A stretch of DNA of 64,000 bases, from IMG/VR virus record IMGVR_UViG_3300027833_000011, one strand, 5' to 3'. The translations under genes were made by a program, and so were the position numbers. The notes under the pieces were generated by a model. The model was not told where the DNA came from, ran no database searches, and was given only the letters and a program-made list of their open reading frames with translations. The stretch comes from a virus. Taxonomy: Duplodnaviria; Caudoviricetes. Shown here one piece after another: positions 6,906-16,897 of the stretch; the first letter of the stretch is position 1, and the number at the start of each line of letters is the position of its first letter.

Positions 6906-9248
6906 ATGTTAGATAAAGATAAATTGGAAAATCCAAAGATAAAGATAGTATGGGAGGACGTTGCTGAGTCATTTACTCAGGAGAGAATTGCTCGTATTAA
7001 GTCTTATTTTTCGAAGAAGTACAAATCAAAGAATGTTACGGTTGTGACCAAAGTAGTGGTATCCAAAAACGAAGCAAAATTGGATTCCATTGATATGGCG
7101 GATAACATCTTAGACACACAATACCAAAAAGAGTTGGTAAAGGATTATATAAAGACTAATGACATTAAAGTTGAATGGGATTTATTATCTAAGTTAGATG
7201 ACCGTGTTAATAATGAAATAGATAAGTCACACCAAAACACAATAAGGTTTAGACAGTGGTATATTAAAAGGTTAGAGTTTTCTAACTTCTTATCTTATGG
7301 TGAGGGTAACACAGTTCCGTTTGACGACTTAGGTGGTATCACCTGTATTGAGTCTGACCCACCAAACTTCGGTGGTAAAACTGTATTAGCAGTGGATTTA
7401 TTAATGTTCTTATTCTTCAATAGAACAACAAAGACTAAAAAGAACGAAGAGATATTCAATCAATTTACAACCAAAGATGAGGTTCATGTAAGAGGTGATG
7501 TTATGATTGATGGTGACGAATACGTTATTGTCAGAAACATTAAGAGAAAACCAAAAAGAGCTGGTGGGTTTACCGTAACGTCTTCATTGGAGTTCATCAA
7601 GAAAATGAGTGACGGTTCACTAGTCAATCTGTCAGGTGAACAAAGAAGAGAAACTGAGGAGTTTATTAAGTCAGCCATTGGAACTGAAGATGATTTCTTA
7701 ACTACTATATTGACAACAGGTACAAATTTGGAGGAGTTAATCGATTCCAAACCTACTGCGTTGGGTCAGGTTTTTACTAAGTTTATTGGTTTAGAATCGT
7801 TAAGAGAAAAAGAAGATGTTGCTAAAAAGATATTTTCAGAATGGAACAAATCGTTAATCTCAAACGTATACAATTCTCAGGATTTAAAACAGACAATATT
7901 AGACTGTAAAGAGACCATCAAAGAAAATAAGGTTTTAATTGTTGATAAGACAAAACTATTGGGGATTAAAGAAGGTGAGTTAAAAAACGCAATTGATAAA
8001 AAAGATTTATTGATTGAGAAGAAACACTCTGATATCGATGAGGAATTAACCAAACTAAACCCTGAGAGATACTTAACAGAGATTAAGGAATTCGAGGATA
8101 AGGTTACGGTAACCAAACACTATTTTGAAGAAATTAAGGTGACCGAACCATCTAAATATTATCACGGTGACGAACATAAGGAAGTCAGAGATTCAATCAA
8201 TGAGGGTAAAGTTAATCAGACAATAAGTGAGAGAGTAATTAAAGAATTGGGAGAGATGATTACCCAACTTAAAGAGGGGGAGATTTGTCCTACATGTAAA
8301 AGAGCGTTGGACGATGTTGACCATACTGACGAAATTAAACAAAAAGAGAAAGAACTTAAGAAAGAAAAAAAATCACTTAAGTCCGTTGAAAAAGAACTTA
8401 TAACATTAACTGATAAAGATGAGAAACAATCCATCCTTAAGAAACAATTTGAGGATTATGACAGAGATAAGTTACGAAAAGAGAAGTATCGTTTAGAGTT
8501 AATGACTAAAGAGTTGGAATTAAAGTCTATGACTGATACAATGGACAAATGGGAGTCTAACAAGTATAAGTTAGAGGAGAATATGGTCATTGAAAAGGAT
8601 TTAATGTTGATTAAGACAAAGATTGACGGTTTAGCCGCTGAGGTTGATACGTTTAAGTACTTAATCCAAGACTATAACAACACTATTAAGACTAATGAGA
8701 CCAAAATCACAGAATCTGAACAATTAATGGATAAAATTGTGAAAGAAGAGGACTATAAGCAGATATTTGAGTCGTTCTTAGCGATATTTGGTAAGAACGG
8801 TATATCAAAGATGATTTTAAGGTCTATGATACCTGTTATCAACTCAGAATTAGCTCGTCTGTTGGAGGATAGTTGTAGATTCACATTAGATGTTAGAATA
8901 TCTGAAAAGAATGAGATAATGTTCGTTATGATTGATGATGAAACAAGAGTAGAGAAACCAATGGGTTCTGGTTCAGGGTATGAACGTACAATTGCGTCTA
9001 TGGCGTTAAGAGCGGTGTTATCTAAAGTGTCAGCATTACCAAAACCAAATGTTATAGTTATGGATGAGGTGTTTGGTAAAGTTGCTGATGAAAATTTAGA
9101 GATGGTTGGTGGATTTTTTAGAAAAATTAAAACATATTTTGAACATATATTTGTGATTACTCACAATCCATTAGTCAAAAATTGGTCTGACCATGTAATT
9201 ACTATAAATAAGAACGACAACGTTTCAAAAATTAAAAATATTATATAA
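6906..9248 (+). CDS. Rad50/SbcC/gp46-like SMC-type ATPase
   Basis: Walker A PNFGGKT, long coiled coil, zinc hook CPTCKR, signature-like GSGSGYE, Walker B VIVMDEVFG, H-loop VITHN. Confidence 0.9.
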   Translation: MLDKDKLENPKIKIVWEDVAESFTQERIARIKSYFSKKYKSKNVTVVTKVVVSKNEAKLDSIDMADNILDTQYQKELVKDYIKTNDIKVEWDLLSKLDDRVNNEIDKSHQNTIRFRQWYIKRLEFSNFLSYGEGNTVPFDDLGGITCIESDPPNFGGKTVLAVDLLMFLFFNRTTKTKKNEEIFNQFTTKDEVHVRGDVMIDGDEYVIVRNIKRKPKRAGGFTVTSSLEFIKKMSDGSLVNLSGEQRRETEEFIKSAIGTEDDFLTTILTTGTNLEELIDSKPTALGQVFTKFIGLESLREKEDVAKKIFSEWNKSLISNVYNSQDLKQTILDCKETIKENKVLIVDKTKLLGIKEGELKNAIDKKDLLIEKKHSDIDEELTKLNPERYLTEIKEFEDKVTVTKHYFEEIKVTEPSKYYHGDEHKEVRDSINEGKVNQTISERVIKELGEMITQLKEGEICPTCKRALDDVDHTDEIKQKEKELKKEKKSLKSVEKELITLTDKDEKQSILKKQFEDYDRDKLRKEKYRLELMTKELELKSMTDTMDKWESNKYKLEENMVIEKDLMLIKTKIDGLAAEVDTFKYLIQDYNNTIKTNETKITESEQLMDKIVKEEDYKQIFESFLAIFGKNGISKMILRSMIPVINSELARLLEDSCRFTLDVRISEKNEIMFVMIDDETRVEKPMGSGSGYERTIASMALRAVLSKVSALPKPNVIVMDEVFGKVADENLEMVGGFFRKIKTYFEHIFVITHNPLVKNWSDHVITINKNDNVSKIKNII

Positions 9249-9249
9249 T

Positions 9250-9990
9250 ATGAAGATTGATAGAGTTTATGTCATCACAATGGATATGAGTGATGAATAC
9301 AAAGATGAGTTATTTGAGAGAGTGTTAAATTTACCACTACCTTCAAATACACCTGTTGAGTTTAAACAAGGGTTTCCAGGTAAGGATTTATTGGAAAGAC
9401 CTGAAGACTTTCCTGAGTATCGTATATACCCACATTGGAACCTTAACAACCCAGAGGGTTGGTGGTGGTGGCAAAGACCAGCGTTATCAGGTGAAGCGGG
9501 TGGTATGATATCACACACAATGTGTTGGGAAGATGCGTATGAGAAGGGGTATGAAAATATTATGATTATTGAAGATGACTTTACGGTCGAAGAACCTATT
9601 GATTGGGGTATCTTTAAAGAACTTGATGGTTATGAATGGGATTTATGTTTAATGGCTCACAATTCATTACACGAACATTTTTCAGATATTATGAAACCTT
9701 TAAATATTGGTAGAGAACATTTTATCAGACCAACGTTCTTTTATAATACTCATACTTATATACTTTCTTCGGGAGGTATTAAGAAATTAGTTGAGGACCA
9801 TTTAGATGTGTTAAAACAAAATATTATAGTATCTGACGAATTTTTATCTGCAGTTACTTCATCACATCCAAGACCTGATTTAAGAGAGATGTACATAACT
9901 AATATGTCAGCGGTTGCTACAAAAGTTAATTATACAGGACAAACAAGAAGTGAAGGTTTGGGTAATTCTTTAACCGAGACTGAAAAGTAA
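9250..9990 (+). CDS. Glycosyltransferase family 25, resembling the C-terminal domain of collagen galactosyltransferase COLGALT
   Basis: VYVITM, RPALSGEAGGMISHTMCW, IMIIEDD, WDLCLM, YNTHTYILS..G.KKL, SDEFLS...HP. Confidence 0.75.
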   Translation: MKIDRVYVITMDMSDEYKDELFERVLNLPLPSNTPVEFKQGFPGKDLLERPEDFPEYRIYPHWNLNNPEGWWWWQRPALSGEAGGMISHTMCWEDAYEKGYENIMIIEDDFTVEEPIDWGIFKELDGYEWDLCLMAHNSLHEHFSDIMKPLNIGREHFIRPTFFYNTHTYILSSGGIKKLVEDHLDVLKQNIIVSDEFLSAVTSSHPRPDLREMYITNMSAVATKVNYTGQTRSEGLGNSLTETEK

Positions 9991-9992
9991 TA

Positions 9993-10000
9993 TATTTATA
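9993..10000 (+). promoter_or_regulatory. Putative phage-specific TATTTATA promoter element
   Basis: Immediately upstream of ATG 10005; motif recurs before many genes. Confidence 0.45.
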
Positions 10001-10004
10001 AGAT

Positions 10005-10559
10005 ATGGGATTAGATATTAGTTATTATAAACTTGGGAATAAAGTTGAGGTTGACGACACTATAGAAGAGTGGTCAGAAGAGTTTTATGACAAGTATGGG
10101 CACGATTTGATATGGTTATATAATAATTATGAAATGGAACAATCAGACGACCTTGACGGTTTTTATAACGCAGAAAGATTAGGTGGTTTTAGAGCGGGTT
10201 CGTATTCAGGATACGGACAGTATAGAAGGACCTTACGTAGATTATCTATTGTTGCGATGGCAGAAAATAAAGAACTGGCTGAAAAATATAAAGATGAAAT
10301 CCCATTTGACTTACAACTCAACTTTAGTGACTGTGAAGGGTTTATTGGTCCATTCTCAAGTGTTACTTTAAGAGACCAATATAGAGAATTTCATGGTCCA
10401 ATCATAAAAGACATTATAAAGATGGCTAAATATGGTGTAAAAACTGACATATACAAAGCTATCTCTAGAGAGGAGTTAGAGTATTTTGCTGGTTTGTATA
10501 TTAATTGGAAAACGGCATTTGAAGAAACTTCTAACGTAGGTGTTGTATATTACACCTAA
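10005..10559 (+). CDS. Hypothetical phage protein (MGLD start; GSYSGY and FSDCEG motifs)
   Basis: 184-aa ORF. Confidence 0.7.
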   Translation: MGLDISYYKLGNKVEVDDTIEEWSEEFYDKYGHDLIWLYNNYEMEQSDDLDGFYNAERLGGFRAGSYSGYGQYRRTLRRLSIVAMAENKELAEKYKDEIPFDLQLNFSDCEGFIGPFSSVTLRDQYREFHGPIIKDIIKMAKYGVKTDIYKAISREELEYFAGLYINWKTAFEETSNVGVVYYT

Positions 10560-10573
10560 TTGTTATATATTTG
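10543..10573 (+). promoter_or_regulatory. Bacteroidota sigma70-type promoter for clpP
   Basis: TTG 10543-10545, 20-nt spacer, TATATTTG 10566-10573. Confidence 0.7.
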
Positions 10574-10595
10574 TATCACACTAAAAAATTAATTT

Positions 10596-11270
10596 ATGGA
10601 TTATAGAGATATTAACGACTTTGGTCGTTTTGCTAAAGATAAGGGGATTTCAGGAATGAATCTTCACTACTTCAACCAAAAAGTAGAAAATTCAATGACA
10701 CCTTACATTTTAGAGGAGAGAAGTCTTAACGTAACACAAATGGATGTGTTTTCAAGATTAATGATGGACAGAATCTTATGGGTTTCGGGACCTGTAAATG
10801 ACCAAATGGCGTCTATTGTACAAGCACAATTACTATTCTTAGATAACCTTGACGATAGAGATATTTCAATGTATATCGATTCACCAGGTGGTTCTGTTAA
10901 AGCGGGACTTTCAATGGTTGATGTTATGGACTATGTGAATAGTGATATTGCTACCGTTAATGCAGGAATGGCGGCATCGATGGGTTCTGTACTGTTAGGT
11001 GCAGGAACCAAAGGTAAAAGGTCTTCATTAAGATTCTCACAAACAATGTTACACCAATCATCAGGTGGTGCGGTAGGTAACATTCAAGATGCTGAGATTT
11101 CTATGATTGAATGGAGAAAAGTAAACCAACAGTTATTTGAATTGTTAGGGGGTTACTGTGAAAAAGACGCAGAACAAGTTAAGAAAGATGCGACTCGTGA
11201 TTTCTGGTTAAGTGCTGACGAAGCGAAAGACTACGGAATTATTGATGAAGTTATTCGTAAACGAAGATAA
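10596..11270 (+). CDS. clpP: ATP-dependent Clp protease proteolytic subunit
   Basis: MTPYILEER..MDVFSRLMMDRI, YIDSPGGSV, catalytic Ser in GMAASMGS, His in MLHQSSGG, Asp in RDFW. Confidence 0.95.
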   Translation: MDYRDINDFGRFAKDKGISGMNLHYFNQKVENSMTPYILEERSLNVTQMDVFSRLMMDRILWVSGPVNDQMASIVQAQLLFLDNLDDRDISMYIDSPGGSVKAGLSMVDVMDYVNSDIATVNAGMAASMGSVLLGAGTKGKRSSLRFSQTMLHQSSGGAVGNIQDAEISMIEWRKVNQQLFELLGGYCEKDAEQVKKDATRDFWLSADEAKDYGIIDEVIRKRR

Positions 11271-11274
11271 AAGT

Positions 11275-11300
11275 AAAAAGGGACCTTAGGGTCCCTTTTT
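11275..11300. terminator. Bidirectional intrinsic terminator between convergent genes
   Basis: AAAAAGGGACC-TTAG-GGTCCCTTTTT. Confidence 0.85.
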
Positions 11301-11324
11301 TAGTATATATGTATGGTTGATTGG

Positions 11325-11822
11325 TTAGTATAGTTTGTCTCTAAAGAATACTGATTCCTCATCGGATAAGTAAGCCTCACCATTAGTTAATCTTTTTCTT
11401 TCGAACTCTAAGATACCCATAGCGACTTTTTTATCATATTCTTTATCGTCTGTCATAGGTATTAATGCGTCGTAATATATAAGACCTGTAAAACGTCTTC
11501 TAGTTCCGTCTTTATATGAAAACAATTCATCTACATCGTTTTCATCTAATTCAATTTGTCCAAATTCGCTTTCTTTGAAATGGTTTACTTGACTTAGTGG
11601 GTTTACTTCATCCTCATCTTCATCATCATCTTGTTCTGATAAGTTAGGGTTATCGTAGTTTTTGACCTTATGGTCTTCACCGTGAGCTAAGTCTTTTTGT
11701 TCTCCATTTGCGTAATCACTAAACGGTTCAGACTCAACATGCGTTTCATCAATTTCAGAGTTAGTCATAGATTCAACTATACGTTTAAATTGTGATTCGT
11801 CTAATTTAATTTTTTTACTCAT
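11325..11822 (-). CDS. Acidic hypothetical protein (MSKKIKLDESQFKRIVE start)
   Basis: 165-aa ORF; TATTTATA motif on the minus strand at 11855-11862. Confidence 0.7.
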   Translation of the reverse strand: MSKKIKLDESQFKRIVESMTNSEIDETHVESEPFSDYANGEQKDLAHGEDHKVKNYDNPNLSEQDDDEDEDEVNPLSQVNHFKESEFGQIELDENDVDELFSYKDGTRRRFTGLIYYDALIPMTDDKEYDKKVAMGILEFERKRLTNGEAYLSDEESVFFRDKLY

Positions 11823-11912
11823 TATAAAATGTTTTTAAGAATATGATTCTACTATATAAATATAAGAAAACCAAAACAAAGTTAATTTTTACCTATATAA
11901 ATGTAAATAATG

Positions 11913-11944
11913 TTTGGATATAAGTGAATTAATTTTTACTTTTG
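11913..11944 (+). promoter_or_regulatory. Bacteroidota sigma70-type promoter for the operon containing the phage sigma factor
   Basis: TTTG ending 11916, 20-nt spacer, TACTTTTG 11937-11944. Confidence 0.7.
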
Positions 11945-11964
11945 TCTACTTATAAAATACATAT

Positions 11965-12546
11965 ATGAATAAAAGAAATAAGTCATACCTACTTTTCCTT
12001 TATGGGATTTGGATAGATGAGAAAGATATTATACGTGCACTACAAGAGACACTAATAGTTGTAATTGACTCAGGGTATATGAAGTTTGTACACGGACCAG
12101 GTTCCGCTATTGTTTGTTTTAAGTCACAAGAAAGTTTTGAGGATTTATCTGAGTTTATACAAGATTCTTTACCAAACTACGTTACTAATCACATATTCAT
12201 TCCAAAACCAAGAAAATTATCACATAGATTTCCTGATGATATGGATAAACACTTATTTGATGTTGATACCAACACCAATGATTTAGTTGATAAGCAAAAT
12301 GAAAAATATGAATCACCACCTGATATCCCTATGAATATGGAGGACTTCGATAACCCAATTTTTGATGGTATTATAGGTAAAATAGATGAGATGTTTGAGG
12401 ACTTTGTAACAGATGTAAAGAAAATTACAAACAAATCAAATAATTTTAATATTGATGATATATTGGATAAGATTACAGAAAATGGCGTATCTTCGCTAAC
12501 CAAAGAAGAAAAAGAATTTTTAGATAAACAAAACAACCAAAAATAA
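11965..12546 (+). CDS. Hypothetical protein with a C-terminal DUF6576-like motif
   Basis: IDDILDKITENGVSSLTKEEKEFL C-terminus. Confidence 0.65.
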   Translation: MNKRNKSYLLFLYGIWIDEKDIIRALQETLIVVIDSGYMKFVHGPGSAIVCFKSQESFEDLSEFIQDSLPNYVTNHIFIPKPRKLSHRFPDDMDKHLFDVDTNTNDLVDKQNEKYESPPDIPMNMEDFDNPIFDGIIGKIDEMFEDFVTDVKKITNKSNNFNIDDILDKITENGVSSLTKEEKEFLDKQNNQK

Positions 12547-12549
12547 TAT

Positions 12550-13341
12550 ATGGCTAAATACACATCACACATCAACCAAGACGAGATATCACATTATCTT
12601 AAAGAGTTAAGAAAGATTCCTGTTATCACACCTGCTAGAGAAAAGGAACTGTCTAAAATTATGTTAAATCCGAATGTAACCCAAAGAGAGACTGATAAGG
12701 TACATAAAGAATTGTTGGAGGGTAACTTAAGATTTGTTATAACAGTGGCTAAAGACTACCAAGGTCAAGGTATTGATTTATCTGACTTGATATCTGAAGG
12801 TAATTTAGGTCTTATGAAGGCGATTAAGTCATTTGATTGGAGTAGAGGTTTAAGATTTATATCATACGCGGTATGGTGGGTTAAACAATCAATCTTCCAA
12901 TGTCTAAATGAAAATTCAAGGACTATTAGGTTACCTGTTAATGTTGTACAAGAAGTACAAAAGGCAAAAAAACAAGATAAACGTGTGGAGGATTTAAATC
13001 CACGTCTTAGTAATTTAGCACACGCAATCACCTTCGATGACCATATTAATGAGGAGGGTGACACTATGTTCGATTTATTAGAAGATGTTGAAGCGGTAAT
13101 GCCAGATTCAGCTTTGGACGGTAAAGATATAGTTAAAAGACAACTCCTTACTATTATGGATGTCTTAGACGAACGTGAAAATGCTATAGTTAAAGATTAC
13201 TTCGGAATCACTGGTACTCCAAGGACTTTAGAAGACATTGGTAATGATTTCGGACTTACAAAAGAAAGGGTCAGACAAATTAAAGAAAAGGCGTTACGTA
13301 AGTTACGTAATGAGTCAGACGCAATATTTGACTACTTATAA
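12550..13341 (+). CDS. RNA polymerase sigma70-family factor (group 1/2-like, no region 1.1)
   Basis: YLKEL, NLRFVITVAKDY, DLISEGNLGLMKA..FDWSRGLRFISYAVWWVKQSI, region 4 TLEDIG..FGLTKERVRQIKEKALRKLR. Confidence 0.93.
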   Translation: MAKYTSHINQDEISHYLKELRKIPVITPAREKELSKIMLNPNVTQRETDKVHKELLEGNLRFVITVAKDYQGQGIDLSDLISEGNLGLMKAIKSFDWSRGLRFISYAVWWVKQSIFQCLNENSRTIRLPVNVVQEVQKAKKQDKRVEDLNPRLSNLAHAITFDDHINEEGDTMFDLLEDVEAVMPDSALDGKDIVKRQLLTIMDVLDERENAIVKDYFGITGTPRTLEDIGNDFGLTKERVRQIKEKALRKLRNESDAIFDYL

Positions 13342-13393
13342 AAGTTTGACTATTTATAGTGATATGTGTATTATTTAAAAATACTATGTCATT

Positions 13394-14917
13394 ATGAGAA
13401 TACTTAGAGAACTACAGAAAAGAATATTCCCAACGTTGATAGCACTTACGGCATTGTCTGTGAGTCTTTCAGCTGCCTTTTATTCGGTAACGGGATTGAG
13501 TAAATTATTTGCGGGAGCGTCATTTCAAGTTATGGTAATGGCGGGTTCATTAGAAGTCGCTAAATTGGTGATAGCTTCGTTGTTATACCAATATTGGGGA
13601 CAGTTAAATAAAATATTAAGAACCTATCTGTCAGTTGCGACTGTGATATTGGTGATAATTACATCGGTAGGTATATACGGATTCTTGTCTGCGGCGTACC
13701 AAGAAACTGCAACGAAAACAGGGATTGTAGACAAAGAAGTTGAGTTATTAGAACTTAGAAAAAATAGGTTTGCTGAGAGTAGAGATTACTACTACCAAGA
13801 AAAAAAGTCTTTAGATGAAGGGATAAATCAATTAAGGAAAGGGTTATCTAATAACGTCATTCAATATAAAGATAAAGAAACAGGTCAGATTATAACCACA
13901 ACATCATCTTCAAACCGAAGAGCGTTACAAGAACAACTTAAGAGTGCTATAGAACAAAGAAGTCAAATTTCTATTAAGTTAGAACAGGCAACAGATTCTA
14001 TAAATTCAATAGAGGTTAAATCATTGACTGTAGAGACAGAGTCAGATTTGGCAGGTGAATTGGGTCCACTGAAATATTTGAGTGAATTGACAGATGTACC
14101 AATGAATAGGATTATCAATTACTTATTATTGATTATTATATTTGTGTTTGACCCTCTAGCAATATCTTTAGTGATTGCTGCTAACTTTGCGTTTGATAAG
14201 ATAAAACCTAAAAAGAAAGAGGTTGACGATAATACGGAGGTTGGACCACAACCAATGATTTTAAACGAAGATGTTTTATCACACATAGAAAAAGTATTAG
14301 ATAAAAAGGTTAGGGATGTCTCAGACCTTAAAGAACCTGATTCTGAACAAGGGGTAATGGTTGATGAAGAAGAAATCGACGAAGACAATATGTACGATGA
14401 AGATTACTACCAATGGGAAAAAGAATCTGTTGAAGAATTACATTTACGAGACATATCTGAAGATTTTGTAGAGGATATCATAATTGATAAATCCAACCAA
14501 GATGAGTTAATCAGGACAATGGCTAGTTTAGATAGTAGTGAAGTTTTACGTGAAATTAAGAAAGAGATTATGCCGGATAAAGATAATTCATGGGATAGTA
14601 CACTACAAGACGGTTTAGAAGATGAAGAATGGGATGAAGACCATGCGTTAGACCAAGTAATGAATGATATGGTTAAAGATTTCACTGAGGAGGATATTCA
14701 AAAAATAATTGACACCAACGAGGAGGAGATTGAACCTAATGAAGATTTAAAATTAGCGGCTGAAAAATTTAAAGATATAGTGGTCAATGACCCTGAAGAA
14801 GTGGTTGTTGAAGACACGTTAAAAGAGGTAGAACCACCTGTTAGTAAAACTAATGTGTCACCATATTTAAGAGTAGGAAATAGGGTAATACCGAGAAACA
14901 AGAGATATGGAAAATAA
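13394..14917 (+). CDS. Membrane protein: N-terminal TMs, coiled coil, TM, acidic tail
   Basis: Three hydrophobic helices, a coiled coil, LLLIIIFVFDPLAISLVIAA, then a D/E-rich region. Confidence 0.7.
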   Translation: MRILRELQKRIFPTLIALTALSVSLSAAFYSVTGLSKLFAGASFQVMVMAGSLEVAKLVIASLLYQYWGQLNKILRTYLSVATVILVIITSVGIYGFLSAAYQETATKTGIVDKEVELLELRKNRFAESRDYYYQEKKSLDEGINQLRKGLSNNVIQYKDKETGQIITTTSSSNRRALQEQLKSAIEQRSQISIKLEQATDSINSIEVKSLTVETESDLAGELGPLKYLSELTDVPMNRIINYLLLIIIFVFDPLAISLVIAANFAFDKIKPKKKEVDDNTEVGPQPMILNEDVLSHIEKVLDKKVRDVSDLKEPDSEQGVMVDEEEIDEDNMYDEDYYQWEKESVEELHLRDISEDFVEDIIIDKSNQDELIRTMASLDSSEVLREIKKEIMPDKDNSWDSTLQDGLEDEEWDEDHALDQVMNDMVKDFTEEDIQKIIDTNEEEIEPNEDLKLAAEKFKDIVVNDPEEVVVEDTLKEVEPPVSKTNVSPYLRVGNRVIPRNKRYGK

Positions 14918-15500
14918 TCAAAAGCCGTTTCATATTAGAAGAAAACAGAATAAGACTCAAATAATGTTAACTCACACATCACGTGACTTAAAATTTTATT
15001 TGATGACTTTGAAGTATAGATATGGTGGTAATTTTGAAAGAATACCGTCTTATCTTATTAGTAAAGAAGGAGTGGTTACCAATATGTTCGAAGCTAAATA
15101 TAGTTCAAATTACTTTGGAACGAGAAGAATTGATAACCGAGCGATTATAATTTCATTAGAAAATAATGGTTGGTTAAAAAAACATCACCTATCGGGTAAG
15201 TTTATGAACTGGGTTGGTGATATTTATTTTAAGAAGCCTTTCGAAAAGAAATGGAGAGGTTTCGGGTTTTGGGATTCTTATACTGATGAACAGTATAAGT
15301 CATTATCGGACCTAATAACAAAATTAAGTGAAGAGTTTGATATACCTTTGGAGTATGTAGGACACAACACTAAGATAACGGGGGTACAAAATTTTAAAGG
15401 TATTACCTCAAGGTCGAACTATTCGGATATACATACTGATGTGTCACCGGCATTTGATTTTAAAAAGTTAAAACAATATATAGATGAAAAACACGATTAA
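14907..15500 (+). CDS. Second Amidase_2-fold protein, probably degenerate
   Basis: LTHTS, YLISKEG, IISLEN, YTDEQYKSL, TDVSPAFDF parallel the 2301 amidase. Confidence 0.65.
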   Translation: MENNQKPFHIRRKQNKTQIMLTHTSRDLKFYLMTLKYRYGGNFERIPSYLISKEGVVTNMFEAKYSSNYFGTRRIDNRAIIISLENNGWLKKHHLSGKFMNWVGDIYFKKPFEKKWRGFGFWDSYTDEQYKSLSDLITKLSEEFDIPLEYVGHNTKITGVQNFKGITSRSNYSDIHTDVSPAFDFKKLKQYIDEKHD

Positions 15501-16005
15501 CGAATACGACCAAATTAAGACGTTACTTAAACGTTCAAGGGCGTTAACAGAACAAATTGATAATAGACAAAGTATTGATGATACGTCATCAGAAGATACT
15601 AAACCTGAAGAAAAGAGAGAAGAGTTCACTGTTTCAGGTGGTAAGATTGTTGTACACGGTTACGAAACAGAAGATATGAAGGTTACTGATGAGGAAAAAC
15701 AAAACTTTCAGGAGACAATGGATGAATTTGTAGAACAGGTTTCTGATTTAGTTGATTATAACGCATTACATCTTTATCCGGATAATATTGAATGGTCAGG
15801 TAAGTTAGTTAAATTTGACTTAGAATTCTTTTACACGTTAGGTGAAAACAACGGAGTATATCTAAACGGTCAAATGATTAAAATTGACGACGACTTTTTA
15901 GAGATGATTAGTAAGTTAAGAAACTACTATAAAGTATTCTCAAGTAAGTGGGCTAAATTAGTAGCAGCAAGAAAGAAAACAGAGATAGATGACGATTCTT
16001 TATAA
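15484..16005 (+). CDS. Hypothetical protein
   Basis: 173-aa ORF overlapping its neighbours. Confidence 0.7.
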   Translation: MKNTINEYDQIKTLLKRSRALTEQIDNRQSIDDTSSEDTKPEEKREEFTVSGGKIVVHGYETEDMKVTDEEKQNFQETMDEFVEQVSDLVDYNALHLYPDNIEWSGKLVKFDLEFFYTLGENNGVYLNGQMIKIDDDFLEMISKLRNYYKVFSSKWAKLVAARKKTEIDDDSL

Positions 16006-16885
16006 TATATTAGGTTATATAACTGATGGTTTGGGGTTGATTAAAAAATACCCTAAATTTTTCTTAGGTGTTGCTATTGCGATTTTTGTAATGTTATTTT
16101 TCAAACAATGCGAAGATAATAGACAACTTAAAAATAGTATTGAACAATTAGAGGTTAATATAGACAACGAGTCTAATAGAACCTTAAATAACATAAAGGC
16201 ATTAAGGGACAGTGTAATAACTATCAATGAGACTAATACCTATCTAAAAGGTGTTGTTAGAGTTAAGGATGGAGAGAACGAGATTTTATCAGAAAGGATA
16301 GGGAAACAAGTGGTTAAGATTAACACTCTAAAAGAAAAGTTAGACGATAAAATTAAAATTAAGAATGTTTATGTTACTGATATCACTTCAGAAATTGAAA
16401 CTAACGACGTATTAACTCAGGTTGATAGAGACACTTTAGGGAATATTGGTATTGGAATAAAGGATAGTAACCAAGTGTATTCTATTGAAACACAAACGTG
16501 GTTTAAGTTGATTCCTGATTCTACGAGTATGAAATTAAAATTGGTGGATAAGTACGGTTTCGGAAAAAGTTCACTATTAAAACAAAACTTTAATTTCTCA
16601 TTAACATTATCCCAATTAGAGTTACCAGACGGCAATACAAGGGTTCTTATAACCCCGTATGATACTTTTGGTAATGAGATACCAAAAAGTCTATTATCGA
16701 TACCATACGTTGACGGTGTTGATTTTATAGACATTGAGCCACAGTTAATACCTTCACCAATTAAGAAAAGAAAAAGGACAGGATTCGGTGTAATGATTGG
16801 ACCTAGTTTTGGGTTAAATCAATTCGATGGAGCCTTCAGACCGACATGGGGAATAGGAATAACTGTAGGTTATAAGATTTTCTAA
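15989..16885 (+). CDS. Membrane-anchored coiled-coil protein with a C-terminal Gly-rich beta-hairpin ending in Phe (lysis/spanin candidate)
   Basis: N-terminal TM FFLGVAIAIFVMLFF; C-terminus TGFGVMIGPSFG..TWGIGITVGYKIF. Confidence 0.55.
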   Translation: MTILYNILGYITDGLGLIKKYPKFFLGVAIAIFVMLFFKQCEDNRQLKNSIEQLEVNIDNESNRTLNNIKALRDSVITINETNTYLKGVVRVKDGENEILSERIGKQVVKINTLKEKLDDKIKIKNVYVTDITSEIETNDVLTQVDRDTLGNIGIGIKDSNQVYSIETQTWFKLIPDSTSMKLKLVDKYGFGKSSLLKQNFNFSLTLSQLELPDGNTRVLITPYDTFGNEIPKSLLSIPYVDGVDFIDIEPQLIPSPIKKRKRTGFGVMIGPSFGLNQFDGAFRPTWGIGITVGYKIF

Positions 16886-16897
16886 TATTTATTAGTA

